This document shows, piece after piece, positions 54,760 through 64,000 of a stretch of DNA of 64,000 nt. Within the stretch, counting starts at the first letter, position 1. Each line of letters begins with the position of its first letter. The DNA is from the human T2T-CHM13v2.0 reference genome, Homo sapiens, in NCBI RefSeq assembly GCF_009914755.1, contig NC_060945.1; one strand, written 5' to 3'. The notes under the pieces are model-generated. The model made no database searches. It saw only the letters and a program-made list of their open reading frames with translations, and was not told the origin of the DNA. Both the position numbers and the translations under genes were made by a program.

Positions 54760-55095
54760 GGCCTATACAGTCAAATTGCCAAATTCATTTCTTGAGTTTG
54801 TTACTTAACTATGTAGGTAAACTTGGACAAGATATTTCACATCTCTATGACTTAGTTTCATCATCTGTAAAATAAAATAAATCATAACTAAATATATCTA
54901 AATAGACATACATAAATAACTATCTCATGGTTCTTATGGGAAATAAATGAGCTAAAATCTCAGGATGAGCCATATGAAATTGTCCTCTTTATAGATGAAA
55001 AATAAGCATCCACAATTTTATATAGTTAAAACTAAGTATGTAAATTATTTAGTATAATATGTAGCACCTAGTGAACAATAAATGTTAGTATCAGC
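54760..55095 (+). mobile_element. MIR SINE containing a MADE2 insertion
   Basis: CTTAGTTTCATCATCTGTAAAAT core and CAATAAATGTTAG 3' end. Confidence 0.75.
54959..55035. mobile_element. MADE2-like mariner MITE
   Basis: about 77 bp with terminal inverted repeats AGGATGAGCCATATGAAATTG / CAATTTTATATAGTTAAAACT. Confidence 0.7.
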
Positions 55096-56049
55096 AACAA
55101 TTGTCACTGGGTAAATTCATAGACACATGAATGTACTAACACCCTAAAAAGTTTCTTTCAATGAAGAAAATTTTGACATCAAATACACATTATGCAGTAG
55201 CACATATAAACCACGAGGACATAAAAAAAAACAAAGACTCTGGATAAAATTAATAATATGATAAACCTGTTCTGGGGAAAAATAGGCCATGAAAGTATCT
55301 ATTGTTTTCTAAATTATTAGAGCAAGCATACTTCATGTTTTTGAATTCTTTGTCGTTCTTACGCTGTAAACATTTTTACATGATTTCAAGCTATGTTACA
55401 TTCCTTAGTTGTATGGTGAATCATAAAATGTGTGATAAATTATTTATATTTATAAAGTTTTGCCTCAAATAATAGCATTTAGCACTGTGCTTTGATGAAG
55501 GGACATTCATTTGTATGAAAAGCAGTTCTGCTTCTTTTGAGTACATTTAGTCACTTTGCTTAAATGAATAGATATTTCCTAATTTTGACCCTCAGGTTTT
55601 AAACTTTGCTTGAAGTGTACTGATTTTTGCTCTTGTGAAGTATTGTTGGTGAACTACAGAGAAGCATGTAACATACTATAAAACTATAAACTTTAAAATT
55701 ATGAGTTAGAATCTGGTTGGTATTAACTTAAATTGATGTTAATGGTTACATATACAGGCTATCAACTGAGATATATTGTAATTCTTTCTAAGGAGTCCTT
55801 CTTTTTCTAAAATTTGAAATCTTTTCAACCTTTTGATGTATATAAAATATTTGTTATAAACCTGTTTTATAATGAAAGTAATTTTTATTACCACGTAGTT
55901 TAGAGACTAAACTTGTAAGTTTCAAGGTTAGTGGAAGAAAGAATTTAAGCCACTATAATCTATTCCACATGGGCAACAAAGTACATTTAAGGAATAAAAC
56001 TATTAGACTATATTTATTGAATGATGAAACTCAAGCTGGTGTTATATAA

Positions 56050-56795
<746 letters not shown>

Positions 56796-57021
56796 ATTTA
56801 TAAAAGACGCTAATGAGCTCCTAGTCATCATATGACACAAAGGTGTCTTTTAGGAACCATGAAATTAATTTAAAAAAAAAGTCTACTCTCATACCTACAC
56901 AGCTATTTTCCGTCTGTTATGGTAAGAAACAGAAGTTAAGGTTGTTAACAAAAATAATTTGGAAAGCAAGACAGGAGATCAACTGTTTGCATCACTTTAG
57001 GCGAAGTTAATTAACACTCAA

Positions 57022-57334
57022 TGTCTGTCTTTGTCTTTTCAGGCTGCTAAAACAAAACATCGTAAATTGTCTGGTGAGGGCCTACATTCTGGTTCATAGA
57101 TGGCATCTTTTCACTGTGTTCTCACATTGGTGGAAAGGAAGAACTCTGGTTTCTTCACTTCCTTATAAGGGCACCAATCTTATTCACGAGGGCTTCACCC
57201 TCGAAATAATCACGTCCTCAAAACCCCCACCTTCTAATATTCTAATACCATCACGTGAGGGCTTAGGTTTCAACATAAGAATTCGGTGGTGGTGGGGTTG
57301 GGGGGAGAGGGAAACAAACATTCAGACCATATCA
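57022..57334 (-). mobile_element. MaLR LTR (MLT1A0/MST-like), internally deleted
   Basis: CAGGCTGCTAAAACAAAAC...TTATAAGGGCACCAATC...TTTCAACAT...ACAAACATTCAGACCATATCA. Confidence 0.8.
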
Positions 57335-57694
57335 ATGCTTTATTTTTCTCTTTTTAAATCTGGCCATTGTGAGAATTACAGGAGAATTAAAGGCATCTGT
57401 CATCATCCCAGACACATAGTAAGTTCTTAATATGGGTGGTTATTGTTATTTTTTCTGATGTTGTTATTGCTTGAACTTTCAAGATGTAGGGACAAAAGTT
57501 TTATATAAATAACAAGAAGTTCAACTAAACACTGTATTGTACATCCTGTAAATATGTAGAATATGGAGGCACAAAAATGAGCTTTAGGACCAAAATACAA
57601 ATATGTTAAAATAGTTTAGACTCAAGTGTTAATGCTAGATGGTCAGTCCTGAACTTTGCCACCCTACTATTATCAGAGAAGTGAAAAATAATAA

Positions 57695-58009
<315 letters not shown>

Positions 58010-58019
58010 TCTAAGAATA

Positions 58020-58250
58020 ATAATAATCTTACCAACTATTCTATATAAGCATTTTTGGCCCACTGAACACTGTCATATGTAACTTCATTGCACCTTCACA
58101 TCAACCCCACCAAAATATACGTAACAATAGGCTAACTTTAAAATTCCCAACTAAAACAAAAATTGTGACCAGTAAATTACAAAGTTAATAAGAGACACAG
58201 TCAAGGTTGAACACCAGGTCTTCTGACTCTAAGTCAAACTCTCTCTTTAT
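58020..58250 (-). mobile_element. MIR SINE
   Basis: GAACACCAGGTCTTCTGACTCTAAGTC matches the antisense MIR 5' part. Confidence 0.55.
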
Positions 58251-58630
58251 TCCCTGTTGTGTATCATAGGTTGCTGTAGACCAAGTATTGAAAATCTTGT
58301 GTTTTCTTCATTTTGCATTCTTAGTTTATGGGATTATTCAGAAAAAATTAGGAGAGAATACAGTAATTCAAAATCTACAGATTTTTTAAGACACAGATTT
58401 TTGGACATCAGTGTTCAAATCAATAGAAAGTCATGCTTCCCTTCAGCAGCCTTTATTTTGACAATTTTAAGGGGCAGGTACACTAAATTTCTGCTGATTA
58501 GATGGAATGAATCCTATCCTTAAATCATAAAGAGTGTTAATGAATCTGGTAGCAAAAGTTGATTGCAGACTTCTTACAATGACACCATGGGATGACAACT
58601 GTGTTAACACAATTTTGAATATCTCATTAA

Positions 58631-58951
<321 letters not shown>

Positions 58952-58953
<2 letters not shown>

Positions 58954-59167
58954 TTTTTCATACAATTTTGTTCATGTAATATATTAATTGCCTGCCTACC
59001 TTCCTATTACAGGTTTCTTAAACTTTGGTAGATTCTCTTTTGTTTCTGTTCACCAAGGTCCTTCTTCATACGAATTTGTTCATGTAATATATTAATTGCC
59101 TGCCTACCTTCCTATTACAGGTTTCTTAAACTTTGGTAGATTCTCTTTTGTTTCTGTTCACCAAGGT
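58952..59167 (+). repeat. 108-bp head-to-tail tandem duplication
   Basis: 58952-59059 versus 59060-59167: 3 mismatches in the first 15 bp, last 93 bp identical. Confidence 0.95.
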
Positions 59168-59969
59168 TTTGCCAGACCAAGCTACAGGCAGATTTTTACC
59201 ATTAACAGCTCCTTCTAAAGTTATTCACGTTTGGTCAGTACTCTGGGCTGAAATTCCAACCATCAGTACTCTTTCACTTTGAAAAATAAGCTTGTTTGAC
59301 TTTATTTGGAAACATATAACTGGATTGCTGTGCTGGATGCTAGTGAGCAATGGTTTAAGGACCCCGTTTATTGTAGGAAAGTTTATTACATTTTGTTTTC
59401 ATACTGCTTTACAGGGTTGGAATTTTTTGCAGCATTGGTATATAGACAACATGTCATTTGTTTTAGTTGCTACATGACACCTTAAAGTTTATTTTTTCTC
59501 CAAAGGAAATGGCAACTGTATTCTTTAAAAACACCTATGTAAAAATGAAATAACTAAACTTGTTTTTAGAGTATTCTATATTCTAGATGGATAATGCCGG
59601 AAAAAAAAAGATGCATGTGTACAGCAAAACTTGTTTTATGAAACAACTCCATGGGCCAGGAAAAATTAGTTGCCTAAGAAAGATGTATAGTTAACTGAAA
59701 ATTAAACACATATTGTCTTTGAAATTTATAAGACATTTAAAGCATCCATTTAACTTATCGGTGGTCTCCATATCTGTATAGTTGATGCCAGAAAGAGAGA
59801 ATAAAAGATTACCTAGAGAAATGGACTTTAGGTAAGATTTTAAGATATGAAACATATGAACAAAATTTAGTTTTCCAGATGATTTGTATAAAATACTGCC
59901 AGATAATTTGCTAATTATATGGCACTGGGGACAATAACAAGGATTAATGAAAATGTTCTAACTCAACAG

Positions 59970-60260
59970 ATTTTTAAATAATATTTTTCTTATACAAATA
60001 ATAAAGATTTATTGTAAAAAATAGAAAATATAGATAAGAAAGAGGGAAATTATTCATAATTTCTGCTTTTTAATATAAACTATGCACATTTCAGTATATC
60101 AACATCCATACATTTTTCTATGCATATATACACTATTGCATACTTGAATTAGTCCATATTGTACACAGTCTTTTAAAATTCACACCTTTAACATAAATAT
60201 TGAAAACACCTTTTTCATGTCATAATAGTTTTTGAGAAATTGAGTATCATTTTAAAATAA
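59970..60260 (-). mobile_element. ancient L1 (L1ME-like) 3' end
   Basis: TTATTGTAAAAAATAGAAAATATAGATAAG...CATTTTTCTATGCATATA pattern. Confidence 0.5.
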
Positions 60261-61054
60261 AAGCAATGTCCTTATTGTGCAAAAGCCTAGCTCCTCCCTG
60301 TTGATTTTCACAAAAAATCTATGTTTGGAAATGATAGAAAACAACATTGTATCATAGTGTTGTTTTTCTAGCAATACCACATAAGCTCCTGGTGTACAAT
60401 CTAGGCACTTGTGGGTGTAACCTTTGAGCATGGCTTCATGTGTTTAAGCCTTAGGGCCTCGAGCACGTCCTAGAACAAGTATGGAGAAATGACATTGGGT
60501 ATGCTAAGGGGCTGAGACCATGGTGAGGTGTAGAATATAGAAGGGCTCAGGAGTAGGTCTGGCTCAGAAGTCAGTGTATGGGGTCTAGGAAGCAGCTCAA
60601 TGTAGGAAGGATGACCTTGAACAAAAAGGTCAAAAATTGGATAAACACGAATTCTCTGAATGAGCACGCATCCATAAACTTTAGGATAACAAAAGGCCAG
60701 GCTGCAAGAGACTGTGAAATGGATATGGATCACAATAATCAATTAAAAAATCTTTGACATACATTAATTCCACTAATATTTATTAAGCATAGGATAGTTT
60801 TATACACCATTCCCAGCTTAAGACAGCTTATAACATACACAATATGGTGAGATGATTGTTAAGTAATAAAAGGCAATAAGTAATTCATATGGTCCAAGAA
60901 TAAGTGCTATAGGGATTTGTTTATTGGAAGGTTTGCTTCTGACTTTTGCAAAGTAGAAATTTATAATGATAATAGCGGCCGATATTGGCAAGTATTTTAT
61001 AGGCCTTATTTTTATGTTCACAACAACATGTGCATAAATTATTATTTTCAGGAA

Positions 61055-61280
61055 CACAGTGCCTATGGTGGTTACAGTCTTGGAGCCAGACTGTCTGAGT
61101 TTGAATCTCAGCCACTTACTTTGTGGCTTTTGGCAATTTATTTAACTCTCTATTTTTCAGTTTTCTCATCTATAGAAAAGAAATAATGGTAGTATCTATT
61201 TGATTTAGTGATTGTAAATACTAAATGTGTTTATATATAATACTTATAAATAGCTCTACAAATGTTAGTTATTGTTATTA
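61055..61280 (+). mobile_element. MIR SINE
   Basis: TGGAGCCAGACTGTCTGAGTTTGAATCTCAGCCACTTACT...CAGTTTTCTCATCTAT...AAATGTTAGTTATT. Confidence 0.85.
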
Positions 61281-61439
61281 ATTTTATTTTCGTGGTATAG
61301 AAATGAAGGTTTGGATAATTAAGGTGATATACCTAAGTTATGCAGGTAGTAAATGTTGGAGCCAAGGGTGAATACAGCTCTCTCTTACCTGAACCTGAGT
61401 TCTTAATGTAGCCACTTTGATGTCTCAAACTTTAAGCAT

Positions 61440-61960
61440 GACAAGAGTGAGTCAAAGATAGTTTGGATTTTGATTATGGATGACTGGAATCATTCGTGAA
61501 ATAGGGAAGTGACTAGGAGAGGTTGTTTTTATTGCTATTGTTGGATAAAGGAAAGGTCAGATTTAAGATGTCTTGAATTGGAACTGGTGAGGAGGCATTC
61601 AGGGTGAAATATGTAGCTGTGAGATAGAAATCCTGGACCAGAACTCTGTGGAGAGTTAGAGTGGAAGCTGAGATTAGGGTAGTATCTATGTTAAGTTAAT
61701 AATAAGATTGGCAGGGAGATAATATTTTAAGAAGCAACATATATAAAAAGAAGGACTACGTCGAGAAGTCATAGCATTATTAACCATGGGGAAGAGAAGC
61801 TATTAAAGAACTCAGAAGCAGAATTGATAGGGTCCAACCAGAGTCAGTGATAGCCTGTCAGCATGCAAGATGAAGTCCAAGAACTCCACTAACAACAGGG
61901 TGGAACTCTCAACTATGTGAGTAGAGAGGAAAGATTTTTCTATTTTTCTGATCATGAAAT
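61440..61960 (-). mobile_element. L2 fragment
   Basis: GAGTCAAAGAT...GGATGACTGGAA, AGAGTGGAAGCTGAGATTAGGG antisense L2 text. Confidence 0.55.
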
Positions 61961-63512
61961 TGCTTATGAGGTACAGGCCCCAGGTGTTATGAAGAATATG
62001 ACTTGGTTCGTTTGGGGCACTGAAGGTACTGGGGGAGGCGCTACTTTTAGAGCGCTCAAATATGCCACGATTTCATTTCATTTTGCTTTCTCCAGGCCTG
62101 TGACATACTAAGGCAGTTTTTACTTAGGCATCGATATCATTTTCAATTTGGATCATTTCAAAAGAAAGAGAAGGACTTCTATGTGTGTGTGTTATATGTT
62201 TTTTGGCTTTTCTTAGTCAAGTATTTCCGAGGATATTCTACCATTCCTTCTTTTTAATTTCCTGTTTTTGTTTGTTTATCAAATGCACCAGACAATTTAT
62301 CTTTCCCAGAAGTTTTAATTTTTGTTCCTATCTACATAGGAAAGAGCTGGGAAACAGAGTTTTTTTTTTTCATATTTAGATTGACATTAAAGGTATGGCA
62401 GGTTCTGTTTGGGGAGCAATTTTATGATAAATAAAACTAAATTGTGCTCCTAGAAGTTCATAGTGCTGATCAAATGACACTTATATGTTGGTCTTTCTTT
62501 AAAAATTTGTTACAGAAAATAATAAAAATTCTAATAAAATTAATTCTACTTCTAATTAAAGTCTAGAAATAAATCCACTATGATTATTTTGTCAGCTTTA
62601 GCTGAGGAATAACAAAATGAAATAGGATAATTAGCTGGAGCATGGATTTTCTGAAATAGAGGACAGTAAACTACAGTTTTGGAGAGAAATATCTAAATCT
62701 GAAGCACAAAAAGAAGCAACAAAGTTGTTGGAAGTTCTGTTCTAAGCAACTATGAATTTTTTTGTAGTTGCTCTGCTGATTTCTAGGGTATTTCTCTATA
62801 GCTAATACTTGGAAAGATACTTCCTCATTGATATGTGTTTCCTAAAGGCATCATTGGAAGTTGCTTCCTATTTGTCTGATGGGTTCAGGTTGGTATGTTG
62901 AATCCAGTGATGCTGGAATTCAGGGGCCTAAAGTTCAAGGCAGACTTTAGGTCCCCAAGATTAGAAATGGATTATCTGTTTGTGTAGTCTGGAATTTCAT
63001 ATTTCAAGTTGTATTTGAAAATTCATTCCTCTGTTGCATTATATGACTTTTGGCTCTTGGATCATTCAAAACTCTGTCATCGTCTTGGTCCTTTGTGTCA
63101 ATTTGTTTGGTTATAGGTTTTCACAAAACATGGAGTAGCTATGCTGCACAATTGAGATTTTTCATTTATTCTACATCTTTCCTCAGCCAGCACATGATTA
63201 TGTGATTGGTTCAATAGTAGGTCCTCACCAAGACTCTTCACATTTTATGTTGCCTCCACTAGTGTCATATCAGTGTGGCTTTAGTATCAGCCAAATTCAG
63301 ATCCAGGATTTTGTTGCTGAAAACTTAAATTTAGAATCACATGGTGTATATTTAAAGGAACTCTTAGATTCTCCTTTTAAGGAAAGATGTCTGAAAATTT
63401 TAAACATAGGTGTCTGTCATTGTTATGGTTTGGAATTTATACTATGGCTGAAAATATCATTAAATATTGGATGGGTATGATAGCAGTATTGTCACATCTT
63501 TAGCTCTTTTTT

Positions 63513-63568
63513 GGTTATATATATATTTATATAGGTTATATATATATATTTATATAGGTTATATATAT
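63513..63568 (+). repeat. short AT-rich tandem repeat GGT(TA)nTTTATATA, about 2.5 copies
   Basis: direct read. Confidence 0.8.
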
Positions 63569-63604
63569 GTGTGTGTATTTTTGGGGACATCTTGAGTTCT
63601 GGGA

Positions 63605-63830
63605 CAGCCTGCTTTGGTGAAAAGAGCCCCAATTTTGGTGTCAGACTGAGTGTGAGTGTAGGCTACATTCAGTTCTATCCCTGCTATTTTCCAACGGTAG
63701 ACACTTTAGTTAAACTTATTTTCTCTGAGCTTCAGTTTCTCAACTAAAAATGGGGGTGCTACATTGTCAGGCTGCTAAAAGTTTCCAATGAGGAAATGCT
63801 AGGAAAACCATCATAGTATTTAGTAGAGTG
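63605..63830 (+). mobile_element. MIR SINE
   Basis: TCTCTGAGCTTCAGTTTCTCAACTAAAAATGGGG core. Confidence 0.7.
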
Positions 63831-64000
63831 GAATCGTAATAAATACCAGCTGCCTCTCTTCTCTCTGCCTTATTCCAAATTATGTACACCAGGATGATTT
63901 TTAATGCAAATGAATACCAAATTTTAGCTATCATCCAATTCTTCCACGATCATTCAATCCCTGTTTAGTTCATAGAATCATAACAGCTTGGACTTGAAAG

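Overview
AT-rich human genomic DNA. The species is inferred from the human-specific AluYb and AluYc1-type elements. It looks like a large intron or gene desert, and I could not identify the locus or any known gene. No protein-coding gene, tRNA, rRNA or known miRNA is supported; the ORF track is short chance ORFs, many inside Alu/L1/L2/LTR sequence. Much of the window is interspersed repeats: 11 Alus, L2, MIR, old L1 3' ends, MaLR LTRs (MLT1, THE1) and hAT/mariner MITEs. Unique stretches carry regulatory-looking motif clusters (GATA cluster, CTCF, DR1, CLEAR-like and MEIS-like palindromes) and several well-formed candidate exons. The most notable observations are three minus-strand candidate exons (56, 42 and 18 nt) that splice in frame into an unrecognised 38-codon ORF, a CpG-retaining plus-strand candidate exon at 33.1 kb, an ungapped 278-bp dispersed duplication, a left-left-right trimeric Alu, a 108-bp tandem duplication at an AluY head, two very young Alus, and a small AT-rich palindrome. 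Repeat subfamily names and boundaries were assigned by eye from remembered consensus sequences and need RepeatMasker confirmation.
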